Origin: Octopus vulgaris
Taxonomy: Eukaryota
Reading direction: 5' to 3'
NCBI GenBank assembly: GCA_951406725.2
Contig: OX597826.1
Span: 71,858,001 to 71,922,000, forward strand
Length of the DNA: 64,000 nucleotides
Part shown: piece after piece, positions 36,211-49,084 of the stretch
How the letters are laid out: every line of letters begins with the position of its first letter
Position numbering within the stretch: the stretch's first letter is position 1
Notes under the pieces: generated by a model
What the model was told of the DNA's origin: nothing
Databases searched by the model: none
The model's input: the letters and a program-made list of their open reading frames with translations, nothing else
Translations under genes and position numbers: made by a program

Positions 36211-38119
36211 CATTAAGATTGTTGAGATGGCCATGGACTCCTTTACTCTCATTTGTCTATAATGATACTAGCCATCATTTTTTTCGCAAAGCCTGATGAT
36301 GATTGACAGCATCAATCACATCAAAAGGTAACATTGTAAACTGGAAACCATTAGATTTAAAGACAGTCTACCTCTCACTGTCATCAGTTGGATGGAATCT
36401 CACAAAATGGTACTTTGAGAACCAGTTTGTTGTAGGATTTATTTTATGGAATAGAATAGTATCTTCAGTGTTTTTCTTTTTTCCACTTCAAGCCAAATGG
36501 CACATAAGGCTTCCCACTCTTTCTCTCCATGCTGCCCTGTTAGTGATTCTGGTTTGCACCTGGTTCTATATTTCCCATCCACTGTCCTGCCTCACTTTGG
36601 TCTTCTGCACTTCCCCCTTCCTTTAGGGACTTCATGTAACCAGCCCCTGAGCATCCTCTCAGCTTTTATTCAAGTGTGTCATGCTTCATTCTCTTTTCAG
36701 GTTAGGAACCACTGTCTCTCCCAAAGTGTTGTGTATTCTTCTGAGTATTTGGAATTCCTGTAATTAGAATTTTTTTTTCAGAAACAGGTGATTAGCTCAG
36801 CACCCAACCTTCAAGATTTGAAGCAGCATCGGTTTTTTGTCAGGGTTTCCTTCCTTTAGATGATCGCAATGCTGCCCATATTCTCAATCTCCATCTACCT
36901 GGGATTTGAAACTGGAGTTTCTTTCTTTTAGGGGAGTTTATGGCTCCTCAGCCTGACCAGCCTAATCTGTGACTCCTCTCAGATGGGGATGCTGAGAACT
37001 AGTCTTGATATTCTGCTGGTCCTTTGCACCCATACTGCATTAGTCATAGTCAGGGTCATGTCCACCCTACTGTGTGTTCTGAGGGAATACTTGCATTGAT
37101 GTGGCATGAGATGGAATTTTGCACTCCACCTAGAAACACACTTAGCACCCTAAACCAGAATCTCTTAGCAGGGCAATTTTCAGATTTAGTGGGATATTAT
37201 TTGTGAACAGTTGAATTCATGGCACCCTTTACCACAAATTCTTACAACTAAAACTTGAAGACTTAACCTTTTTAAAAAGGTTGACATAAATTTATGCACG
37301 CAATATACATGCTTTAAATCAGTTGACATAATTATACGCCGCGTGACTTAGAACTTGTTGCTTGAATTAGTATCTGTCCACCTGCCAACTGATAGGCCAA
37401 TTAGATGTTTCATGTAAATATTTACAGCCTGGATGTAGGCTTTATTCCTATATAAGCTGTAGTAAGATGGCGAGCTGGCAGAGTCGTTAGCACGCCGGGT
37501 GAAATGTGTAGCCGTATTTCGTCTGCCGTTACGTTCTGAGTTCAAATTCCGCCGAGGTCGACTTTGCCTTTCATCCTTTCAAGGTCGATAAATTAAGTAC
37601 CAGTTATGCACTGGGGTCAATGTAATCGACTTAATCCGCTTGTCTGTCCTTGTTTATCCCCTCTGTGTTTGGCCTCTTGTGGGTAGTAAAGAAATATATA
37701 TAAGCTGTAGTTTTGGTGATTATACCACATTAGCAATATGGCTTTCAATCAACTCAAAACCAATCTACATTCACCTTCTTGTACTGCGAGTCTTCACAGG
37801 GATTCTGCTGTAGCTCAATCTTCTGGTCCTGCATATAATTTATGGTCATATCCCACCACATCGGCTTCATCATTACAACCCACTACACCGGCTTCATCAT
37901 GTTCATCATTAACTCCATTGCATTCATCGTCCTGTTGTGCTGCTCCGGCTTCCTCATGTTCTACTATTCCAGTTCCATCAGCATCGGTCATTGCGTCCTG
38001 CCACTCTGGCTCTGTCAACTTCGTCATCATGTCTTGTTTCATCGAATTTATGGTCATCACGCCAAACTACACCAAGCTCCACCACCTCAACAGTTGTTTC
38101 TTCCTGTTCGGACAATGAC

Positions 38120-39075
38120 CTGGAGAGTGAGTGTTTTCCTAGTACAGAATCAGATGACTCCTACAGTGATATTGATATTTCAGTAACTGTAAGGAACAGG
38201 TGGGCAGCAGTGAATATTTCTGGACAACAGAATGTCATGTGGTGAGTGAGAGACAATTTCGTCCGATGGCATGGGTTAACTGGTACGCCTGGCATAAAGG
38301 CAAACCGTAAACATGAAAGTTTGCCACAGGAAATCTTCCATGAGTTTTTGATAGATGCAATGTTCCAATATATAGTGGACAAAATGAATGACTATGCTGA
38401 AAACCATCGCCAGCATGCCAGACCTGGGCATAGTGGCGATTGGCTTCGAACCACAGGGGATGAAATCAAAGTTCTGCTTGTGCTGCTGATACTGATGAGC
38501 ATTGTGAAGAAACCGACCTTGGCATCAAATTAGAATTGGTATCCAGCCATAGCAACACCTTTCTTTCCAGAAATGATTCCATGTGATTGAATTTTGGCGC
38601 TTCTTTGAAATCTATATTTCAACTCAGGCAAGTACCAGGATGACCGGCTGCACAAAATACATCTTATTGTTAAGGAAGTGGCTGAAAATCTCAGAACGGT
38701 GTATGTCCCCAATGGAAATTCAAGGGAAGGCTCCAATTCAAACACTACAATCCAACTAAACATGCCCATTTTGAAGTCAAGGTTTATAAAGCATACGAGT
38801 TAACTGGCAGAGCCTGTGGGTACACATGGACTTACAAAATCTACACTTGTCAGGACAGATTGGCTCTTCCAGTGTCTACTCTAGTGTCAACTGATGTTGT
38901 GTTGTCGCTGAATGAAAACTTGTTTGACAAAGGCTACAATATTTATATGGACAACTGGTTTTCCAGTCTAGACCTCTTCCTGCAGCTGCAGGCAGGGAGG
39001 AATAATGCCTGTAGCACTGTGAAGACGCACAGGAAAAACATACTGCCTGATCTGCACTTTGAAAGGAGAAAACAA
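38120..39075 (+). pseudogene. piggyBac-like (PGBD4-type) transposase pseudogene
   Basis: Acidic N-terminus, then IFHEFL..IVDKMNDYA..W..TTGDEIKVLL..LILMSIVKKP, and KGYNIYMDNWFSSLDLF..NACSTVK. Contains stops and frameshifts. Confidence 0.88.
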
Positions 39076-39081
39076 CATAGC

Positions 39082-39322
39082 GGTTGAAGGCTTCCATAGG
39101 TCTCGGTCTCTAGTCATTTCCTCGGTGAGACCTAAAGTTTGAAGGTCGTGCTTCACCACCTCGTCCCAGGTTTTCCTGGGTCTACCTCTTCCACAGGTGC
39201 CCTCAACCGCTAGGGCGTGGCACTTTTTCACACAACTATCTTCATCCATTCTCGCCACATGACCACACCAGCACAAACGTCTCTCTTGCACACCACAACT
39301 GATGCTTCTTAGGTCCAATTTC
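39082..39322 (-). mobile_element. RTE LINE C-terminal fragment inserted in the piggyBac relic
   Basis: RRLCWCGHVARMDEDSCVKK..VEGTCGRGRPRKTWDEVVKHDL is the RTE C-terminal signature. Confidence 0.9.
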
Positions 39323-41869
39323 AAGACATTAGTGTGATTCTGGGAGTGAGAGATTCTTGTACCAATTCTTACGTATGTAACAGACTACACTGCATGACTT
39401 GAGTAAAGCAAGAAAACATTGTATATGGTGTGTGTGTGTCTAATCAACCGAAAAGTGGCACTTTCCTGACAATCATGGTCCCTGTTACTGTATGTTTTCA
39501 TTCACGTGCATTAACTACAGCATTAGAGTGGTCTAGCTCTTATTTCTAGCAACGTAGGGGTTTCTTAACACCCTTGTCACATTTAGTGACAATCATAATT
39601 CTCGTTATTGGTGAAACATTGCAAATTGCTGTTTATGTTATATATATATACATACATATATACATATATATATATACATATATAAAATAAGAAAATGGAG
39701 GTGGTAAAACATTTTACCTTCGCCCATATAATACAGCACCATCCGTCCGTGGCCATCTGGCACCTGTGCGGGTGGCACGTAAAAAGCACCCACTACACTC
39801 ACGGAGTGGTTGGCGTTAGGAAGGGCATCCAGCCGTAGAAACACTGCCAGATCAGACTGGGCCTGGTGCAGCCTTCTGGCTTCCCAGACCCCAGTTGAAC
39901 CGTCCAACCCATGCTAGTGTGGAAAGCGGACGCTAAATGATGATGATGATGATATATATATATACACACATACACACACACTTGTATGTCAGGTCACTCT
40001 TAGTGCTACTGGTGACATGTAACCCAGTAAAACTTGTTGCATAGTCAGGTAGTTGGTGACTAAATCGGCAAACCTACCTGGCCTGCTTGGTAAGGTGGGT
40101 GGTTTTTGTCGGAGACCCTGCAGGACAAAAAACAAAACCTGTCTGAGTGTGGCTGAACTGAGTAGAGTCAATGGCCAAACAACAGTTGGGTGTGAGAAAC
40201 CCCTAGCCTTTGATTAGGCATCTCTGTAGGAGAAGGTAATTCTGGAATAACACCTTCCTTACAGTAAAGTCTGAGATCATGTCCTTGCTTGTTTCTGGAC
40301 TACTTGGCTTTGCAGGTGAGAGTTTTAGCAGTGTTGTGCAAGCTGTTATTGACTTCAAAAATTTCAGCATGGTGATGGCTAACAGCAATTGTCTTTAATA
40401 TCTGAGATGAAATGATTTGTCAGTGATGGTTATACTTGTTTATGAACTGACAGTTACCATACATATATATTTATATATATACTATTTTACTTGTTTACTT
40501 GTTTCAGTCATTTGACTGCAGCCATGCTGGAGTACTGCCTTTAGACGAGAAAATCGACCCCAGGATTTATTCTTTGTAAGCCTAGTACTTATTCTATCAG
40601 TCTCTTTTGCCGAGCTGCTAAGTTACAGGGACGTAAACACACTAGCATTGGTTGTCAAGCGATGTTGGGGGGACAAACACAGACACACAAACACACACAC
40701 ACATATATATATACATATACATATATCCAATGGGCTTCTTTCAGTTTCCATCTACCAAATCCACTCACTAGGCTTTGGTTGGCCCGAGGCTATCGTAGAA
40801 GACACTTGCCCAAGGTGCCGCACAGTGGGACTGAACCCAGAACCATGTGGTTGGTATGCAAGCTACTTACCACACAACCACTCCTGCACCTATCTGTGTA
40901 TGTATCTTTTAGTTTGTTTCTTTAATGTGTCCTTATATCAAGGTTTGTAGAAAGGCTGGTTTTACAGATGCCTTTGACCACCAGTGTCATGGAAAATATC
41001 CAAAAATTTTCTCCATTGTAGCAAGTTTTAATGTTTTGCTGGACAAACAGGACGGTTATGTTAGAGGCTGCCACAAAAATAGCATCTATGTCTTCAGGTT
41101 GATTTGTTCATGATGACAGCAGTATACTCATGGCTAAAGGAATTGGAATCAGATTTTTGCCGCAGTTTCTGGTAGGGAAGATTGTCAGGCATTTGCAATC
41201 AATGAGCAGCTTCCAAAAAATGAACTTGGTTGATTGTTGGTTCCAAATTCAATTAAAAGTTCTTAAGGAGATTTTGTCTCATATGATCAGATGAGGCCCC
41301 AGAAATAAATATAGGTCTGTTGTGCTCCTCTTCATATAGATCAGCGGCTACGGCCTGAAATTTTGCAATGTCTGCTGAGGCTGCATAGAATTGTGGAAAG
41401 ATTCAAATTTCTTCTTCATCTGGTTGCCATTTTCATGAATGTAAATATATATATATTGTTTTTTTTTTGTTATTTCTTTCAGTCATTTGACTGCAGTCAT
41501 GCTGGAGCACCACCTTTAGTCAAACAGATCGACCCCAGGACTCATTATGTGTAAGCTTAGTACATATTCTATGGGTCTCTTTTGCCAAACCCCTAAGTTA
41601 TGGGGATGTAAACACACCAGCATCAGTTGTCAAGCGATGGTGGGGGGGACAAACATGTACACACACACACGTATGTATATATATATATAGTCGCCATGAT
41701 AGATCGGTAGCCACTACACACATTTTTTTTCTCTCCTTGTTTCTTTGTGTCCCTTTCTGTAGAAGAGCATAGGCTCAAAACATAAAAGACTTTTTCAATT
41801 CCTGAGCGTTATACTAATACATCTGTTTGTTTTCTACACCACCTGTCTTCGTCTTTTGTTTTCTCGTGG

Positions 41870-42332
41870 TCAAAATCCATAGTGTGTACTATATACGAGG
41901 TTAAAAATGAAAATATTTTTCTAAGCAATGTCCGAGTCTCTATTTGCTGTCTGGCTATGTTTATTCAGATGCATTTTGTGATGTCGGGTGCGAAAATACA
42001 TTAAGCTAAGCCTGAAAGCAATGAAGTCATAAAAGAATCATCCATAACTTGCAGTAAGCAACATTTATTAACGTCATTACTGTTATTACTTTATTTTCTG
42101 CAAACAAAATTCACAAAAAAGCTACACGTTTGCATTATGTTATATATACATTAATAATAAAGGACATTACCGTATACATTTTTACAAACCAAGGACGTTA
42201 TATAGACTTCCTTGACTCAAGTTAGAGAAGGGGTGTGTATTATACACAAGGTTTAGGTTTTTCAGAGGTACAGCCCCCTAAAAATCCCCTGCGTATTATA
42301 CTCAAGGGCGGACTATACTCGAGGATTTACGG
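41870..42332. mobile_element. pogo/Tigger-like non-autonomous DNA transposon, one end preserved
   Basis: Terminus ...gactatactcgaggatttacgg|TA with repeated subterminal tatac-cgag motifs. Confidence 0.6.
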
Positions 42333-43117
42333 TAATACTTCATACGAAAAAATCTTAGTATCAAACAACCAAACAAGGGAAGAACAAAGAAAAATTACAA
42401 AATTGGTAAATGCTTTGTCCAATGCAAACCACGAAAAATGCAGTAAACTCCTTCACAAAGTAATTATCCCTGTCAACAATTCTGCCAATGGCCACACCAC
42501 AAACTATATTACAATAACACAGCAGCATGTAACAGAAGGATACACACATGCTTCATATAGGTATCACTCCTTTTCTTGTTTCTTTTACCTTATTTCTGAC
42601 TTTACTTTAATAAAGGGTTCACCCGCAACGACAATCTCTTTCTTTTCCTTTTCCTCTTTTTGGTGTACTATTCATTGTGTACAGCTTTCATTGTTATTTT
42701 TTTGTGTGTTTACATTATGTCCATAAAATCTTTGTCTCCCTGTCGTAACCTTTCACATTGTCCATCTTTCTGTTTTTATTCCCCTCATTCCATTTGTGCT
42801 ATCTCACTCATCACAATAACAGTTTCAAGTAACAGACCCATACTCGAACAACAACTAAACTCTCTTATGAATTATTTTTTTTCTAGAGTCAGCCACTAAA
42901 AACCACACAAAATATATAAATACACACATCTTACATCTTTACCATAGCCATAACCATGACTATTACTTCAGTCCATCACACTTGAGAAGCTGAAGGGAAA
43001 TCAAAAAATTGTTAAAGGTTCAGGGTCTGACAAAACACAATTAAAACACCTATGTTCTGACAGTATTGTTTCATCTACCAATATCCTTTACTATTCAGCA
43101 TTCCTTATTCATTCATT

Positions 43118-43503
43118 GTGGAGGCACAATGGCCCAGTGGTTAGGGCAACAGACTCACAGTCATAGGATCGTGGTTTCAATTCCCAGACCAGGCGTGAGT
43201 GTTTATTGAGTGAAAACACCTAAAGCTCCACGAGGCTCCGGCAGTGGGTGGTGGTGAACCCTGCTGTATTCTCTCACCACAACTGTCTCTCACTTTTTCT
43301 TCCTGTCTGTGTTGTACCTGTAATTTCAAAGGGGCCAGCCTTGTCACACTCTGTGTCATGCTGAATCTCCCCGAGAACTACATTAAGGGTACATCATGTG
43401 TCTGTGGAGTGCTCAGCCACTTGCATGCTAATTTCACAAGCAGACTGTTTCATTGATCGGATCACCTGGAACCCTCGTCGTTGTAACCTACGGAGTGCCA
43501 TGA
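43118..43503 (+). mobile_element. tRNA-derived SINE, family E head with a third tail type, in an (ATTC)n site
   Basis: Same head as 6140 and 7922. The 3' half is unrelated to both. Flanked by attcattcatt. Confidence 0.82.
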
Positions 43504-43519
43504 TTCATTCATTAATTCC

Positions 43520-43810
43520 TTTGAGCCCATGTCGATAACAGGGCACCAACAAGCAGTCTCCATTCTAAAAGATTTTTGCCAAGGGATTGCAGTTGTCCCC
43601 AGGTGTAGCTACCTGTTAGTGCTTCAGTTTCTGTGGACTATCTCTATGTTTTTTGTATGCCATACTTCTGTTTTCCTTGGCTTGTCCATTGAAGGACTTG
43701 TCTTGTAATGTTGGAAGCAGGTTTCTGTGGGGTGTGTCCCAGCCAACTCCATTTCTTCCTTTTCATTTGGGTTTCAATGGGTTGCCAGTTCACCTGTTTC
43801 CACAAGGGTT
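43520..43810 (-). mobile_element. RTE-clade LINE 3' fragment
   Basis: LWKQ..QPIETQMKRKKWSWLGHT.QKPASNITRQVLQW..QGK. Confidence 0.8.
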
Positions 43811-44309
43811 TCTTTTTGTTTGTTAGCCTGTCTCACTACTCATGCCAGCTGTCAAACCCATAGAATATGGAAACTGCACCGAATAATACAATTCTAAAAC
43901 TTAAACATCACTGTATACTAAACCACCACGCTACACCTGGATTTCTCTCTCTCTCTCATCATCATCATCGTTTAACGTCAGCTTTCTATGCTGGCATGGG
44001 TTGGACAGTTTGATTGAGGACTGGCAAGCCAGAAGGCTGCACTAGGCTCCAGTCTGATCTGGTAATCTTTCTACAGCTGGATGCCCTTCCTAACACCAAC
44101 CACTGAGAGTGTAGTGGGTGCTTTTTATGTGTCACTGGCATGGGAGCCAGTCAGGGGACACTGGCATTGACCATGTTCAGATGATGCATTTTATGTGCCA
44201 CCAGAATGGGAGCCATTCAAGGAGCACTGGCCACAGCTGCAATTTTGGTTTTACTTGACTCAACAGGTCTTCTCAAGCATATCGTATCACCCGATGCATC
44301 AAGGGTACT

Positions 44310-45113
44310 CTGATGGATGTACAACAAAATGCAAATGTGCTTAGAGAAAAATTAGGCATAAGAGGCATCAGATGTGGTGTGCAGGAGAGAAGATTGCACA
44401 AGTGTGGTCATGTGATGCAGCTGGATGAGGACTTCTGTATAAAGAAGTGCTGATCGCAAAATGTGGAAGGAACATGTAGAAGAGGCAGACCTAGGAAGAC
44501 ATGGGATGAAGTGGTGAAACTGCCTTCAGGATGTTGAGCGTCTCAGAGGATATGACTAGGGACTGAGATGAATGGCATTATGCTCTGCTTGAGAACACCT
44601 GTCCATTTCAGCAGATTCAGGCTCTGTTAAGCCTTCCTCCAAAACTCATCTATTTTTTCATTTCCCACCTACATAAAACTGATACCCTCTACATCCAACC
44701 CATTCCCTATATCTAATCACCTGCCACACTATTTTCACTCAGTGCACTTCCTATTCTGTCTTATTCATGTTGTACCTGTACCTCCTCCTCCTCCTCCTCC
44801 TCCTCTTCTTCTTCTTCTTCTTCAGCAAGACACCTGTTCCTCTCCTATCATAGTTTATTATTCCTCCAGTCTATACCCCACTCAGTTGAGGGGGGGGGGT
44901 CTTATCTTTCAGGTGTTTGGCGACCTCACTGATGTTGGTGCCACAAAAAAGCACCCAGTACACTCTGTTGCGTAGTTGGCATCAGGAAGGGCATCCAGCT
45001 GTAGAAATTATGCCATGACAGACATAGAACCTGGCAGAGACCTCTGGCTTGTCTGTTTTTGTCAAACCATTCAACCTATCGCAGAAAAAGGAATGTTAAA
45101 TGATGATGATGAT
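44310..45113 (+). mobile_element. RTE LINE 3' end with UTR and (ATG)n tail
   Basis: RCGVQERRL..CGHVM..NVEGTCRRGRPRKTWDEVVK, followed by a UTR that ends in a family D-like tail. Confidence 0.82.
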
Positions 45114-45388
45114 ATGCATAAATACATAGACAGATGCACTTGCACACACATTTCAGCTGGGACTTTGGAATATGACAGCAAGTTGATGACAAGCTCAGAT
45201 TTTTTGTCCAGGGTTAGAATAGGCTGGTAGGTAATGTGGAGCTTTTCAGTGACACAGAGGTTGCAAAACACTGTTACTAAAAGTTGGAGCCATGTTTATA
45301 ATTGCCCAAGTATTGCTGATCAGTGCCCAACAACACCGAAAATAAATCATTTTATTTTCTTTTTGTTTGTATCTCTTCTCTTTTCCAG

Positions 45389-45549
45389 GTCCAACAATAT
45401 GGTAATAAAACATTGTTAGACTTGCCCAGTGAAGGATGGATATTGTTATGTGGTAGAAACTGTATGAGTGAAGACTCATTGGTTATGGAATTAATTCAGC
45501 CGGAACCAAACAGTTTTGCCAATTTTGCCATTGCAGCTAAATTATCAAG
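45389..45549 (+). CDS. HECTD3: HECTD3-like, coding exon 2
   Basis: Acceptor ctcttttccag, donor AG|gtgagt. VQQYGNKTLLDLPSEGWILLCGRNC... matches the EGWLLVC motif. 161 nt, phase 0 to 2, compatible with both neighbours. Confidence 0.88.
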
Positions 45550-45645
45550 GTGAGTACTTTCTGTTCCTTCTCTCTGTCGCACTATTTTCTGTAGAACTGA
45601 GATGGCTTAATGGATTGGGTATTGGTTTCTCCCTTTACCATTTAA

Positions 45646-45866
45646 CCCTTTCATTATGGTATTCCTGTTGAGATGCTCTGTGTTTCTTTCACTTACTTTA
45701 AATATAACAAAGAATTTAGTAAAATAACTTAGTTATCATTAAGCTAGTGTTAGGAACATAAACTGTGACTAAGGTTTGGTGGAAGATTTTAATTCAAAAA
45801 CTTATGGAAACAAGACATTTGTACTCAGAGCTAGCACCGGTTTCAGCCAGGTTGGTAACGAAAGGG
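45646..45866. mobile_element. piggyBac-type MITE (second family) nested in the TTAA of another TTAA MITE
   Basis: TTAA|ccctttc...gaaaggg|TTAA. The flanks join into ccctttaccatTTAAtccagccatatcc, which matches the 34258 family. Relatives near 3920-4925, 17107 and 59635. Confidence 0.85.
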
Positions 45867-46689
45867 TTAATCCAGCCATATCCGGCTCAGATAATCCACC
45901 TTCTTATGTACAAACTGACCAGATCTGGCTTCGTCCACCTACCCTGCTATGTCATTCTAAAAATTAACTATCACATTGTCAAAATATTGAAGGTATGCAA
46001 TAATACATAATTAAATTCAAAACGATGTTTGTAATTATGCATTACATTTAACAGAGAAATCTGAATGCCAAAGAGTTATGAGCTCAGGTTTTTCAGTTCA
46101 GATTCAGTGTTGGTGTTTGGTTATGCATCATCATCATCGTTTAACGTCCGTTTTCCATGCTGGCATGGGTTGGACGGTTCGACCGGGGTCTGGGAAGCCA
46201 GGAGGCTGCACCAGGCTCCAGTCTGATCTGGCAGAGTTTCTACAGCTGGATGCCCTTCTTAATGCCAACCACTCCATGAGAGTAGTGGGTACTTTTTACA
46301 TGCCACCAGCACAGGGGCCAGAGTAGGCTGGCAAACGGCCATGATCGGTTGGTACTCTTTTCATGTCACCGACACGGATGCCAGTCAGGCGGCGCTGGCA
46401 TCAGCCATGTTCGGACAGTGCTTTTTACGTGCCACCGGCATTCTTTTTTATTTATTCTTGCTCTTGTTTACATTGTTTCAAATTAATCTTAGCTCATCTC
46501 ACAGCTTCAAGATTTCAATGATGTAATTGTTTATTTTTAGAATGACATTGTAGGGTAGGTGTGAAAGGCTGCATCTGGTTGCTTTGAACATGAGATGGAT
46601 AAAATATTTTGGTCGGATATAGCTGGTTTAAATACTAAAGGGTTAAACAGTCAGAAATTTAGAGAAATAAAATACTAGTTGAAGCACTG

Positions 46690-47280
46690 GACGAAGCAGA
46701 AGAAGAGTTAAGGACATAAGTATGGAGGACAATAGGAAGTTTCTGTAAGGCAACCTATTGAGGGCTACAGACCAAATCTATGACATGGGGCAAAGTTTCA
46801 GGTAGGAAGACCAAGGGTGACATGGTGGTGTAATAGTGAGGTAGACAGGGTTATAAAAGTGAAGAGATAGAATTGGAAAGATTGGAAAGGTGGAGGCTGT
46901 AAATAACTATATCAGGTAGCTAGAAGAGAAGCTAATATTTATCAAGGTATATTTATCAAGGGGAAATGCAGAAAGGAAAATGTTTGCCAATGTTCTACAA
47001 TTTGAGGATCAGAAGTGTGAAACGTTCTAGATTGCAAGACAATGTAACAGGAGCAATCAAGATGTTGTGGGATGTGTGTATGGATGAATTACAGTATGCT
47101 TGTATTTTAATCTGGCCGAAAAGAAAGACACATGGAAGTGCTACTGTGAAATGTTATTAAATGTGGAAAATTCATGAGAGAAGGTGAGTCTTCTTAAAAT
47201 GGACACAAAAAGAGGGACTGGCTATTCTATTTGGCATCAGTTTGATTGACAAGGCAATTAAGGAAATGAAGGTATGAAGT
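46690..47280 (+). mobile_element. RTE LINE internal fragment
   Basis: RPRVTWWCNSEVDRVIK.K....W......YQVARREA, the linker between endonuclease and RT. Confidence 0.7.
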
Positions 47281-47491
47281 CATTTCAGTCCTGTCTCAAG
47301 TAATTTATGCTGTTGTCAATGCAGTGAATGTAATGAAGACTGGATTAATTCTGGGGGCACAGAATGATGGTTCATCTTCAAATACAAGACTCTTGTACAA
47401 AAAAAAAATACCCATTAGTAAACATCTGGATTTCTGTCCAACAATTATGCCAAATGCTGCAGTCTAATTCTGAATAAATAAGGAAAATATG

Positions 47492-47923
47492 TGTAACAGG
47501 ATGAGAGATTCCCGCACTGGATGGGTGCGGCTCACATCCTTTACATTAAATATTAATCGAAGAAAGAGTCAAGACTTCCGATTAACTTCAAGAGTATAAA
47601 TATTTTATTCCTTGATTCGCAATACAAGCATTCCCTTCGTCTGGGCGAATCGGCAACCTAGGAGCTTATTGGAAGTAGTCAAGTGGAGTGAGTCAATCCT
47701 GCCCATTCAAGCATAGCGGAGAGGCACCACGAGGTAGCAGCTTGAGTGAGCTGATGCAGACACGTCTGTCTTGTTCAGCTGCTGGCGTCCAAGAGAGAGA
47801 TACAAGAGAATTTCGCTACTGCTAGTTTTCTGCGTATGTGCATGAGGGAACTTCCGGCAGGCCTCCCGGAAGACTCCAACCCTGCGCATGCATGCTGGAG
47901 ATTTCCCAGATGGCGTCACTACA
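47492..47923 (-). mobile_element. Solo LTR (Gypsy/Ty3-like)
   Basis: 432 bp, TGTA...TACA termini, 4-bp TSD TATG on both sides, CpG-rich, AATAAA on the minus strand. Confidence 0.82.
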
Positions 47924-49084
47924 TATGTTTATTAATAAATATAAATGAAAGCTAAATATTATATAACAGAATTACAGAATTACAAGGCACAATATATTTG
48001 ATTCAACTGAACAACTAGAAGCAACGAGAATAATAAAAGAAAATCAAAAGTTAAGGTAATTTGCTTCTTCGCAGATACAAAACCCTGATTTCAAACCACT
48101 ATGTAATTATATATTTTTTTGTATAACATTTGCTGAGGTCACCCTAGGATTGACCAACTGGATTGTTTTTTGGAGTCTGAGAAAAAATTAAAAAATACAA
48201 ATGATGTTTTTATGCATTTAACCAACCAGGACATCAGAAAAATAAGTGATGTCTTGAGGGAGGCAGCCAACTGGAATGCTAAACTACTGATAAAAACAAG
48301 TGACCAGGACACATGATAAACAAACGATGTTCAGTCAACTGGACCCCAGGTAGACAAAAACAAGTGATATCTTTCATTATGTAGCCAGTCAGGAATTGAA
48401 CCTCTGCCTTAAAACCATCATATACATGGCTGCATCAGCTTGAAAAATAGTCCAAGTTCCACATTTGAATGAATAAAGCACACTACATAACAAAGCATGC
48501 CAAAAAAATTTTTTGATGTTTTAAAATCTTCATCATGCCTATGATAACATGATTTATTATTATGAGATTTATTCAACTTTCAAATTTCTTTCATGAATTA
48601 TTGCTATGAAATTTATTGGACATTGGAACTTTCATGATTCCTTATTGCTGTAAAATTGATTAAATATCTAAATTTTCTTCATATGATTTTGCTATGGAAC
48701 TTGTTCAACATTTGATTTTTGAGCGTATTTTATCATAAGGACATTTTTTTCTTGTGCCTCTTTCCTTTAAATTTTCATCTTATTTTTCCCTATTTATCAT
48801 TGAAATGGTATTTCAATAAATTTCAAAAATAAAATAAAAAAAAAAAATAAGACTTCATTGTAAGACACATGTACATTTTCAACTCCAAAACCAATTTCCT
48901 TATATTCCTACTTGTGTAGAAATAAACCTCTTTTCTCCAGTGAAATGATAGACAATATTTTCTTAAAGCAAACCCATTGAACTTGTGTCAGGTTGGAAAA
49001 ATGGATGATAAATCATTGATGATGATGATGTTAGCGTATGTGAATCAGGTCCTAAATTGGAAATGGGCAACCTTTAACGAGGAG

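Noticed and set aside
37738-38118. Ser-rich (+) and acidic (-) ORFs upstream of the piggyBac relic
   Set aside because: Low-complexity CAT-rich sequence, probably part of the transposon. No splice sites or domain support.
38246-39087. Domesticated PGBD gene
   Set aside because: Stops, frameshifts, deletions and an RTE insertion show it is a decayed copy.
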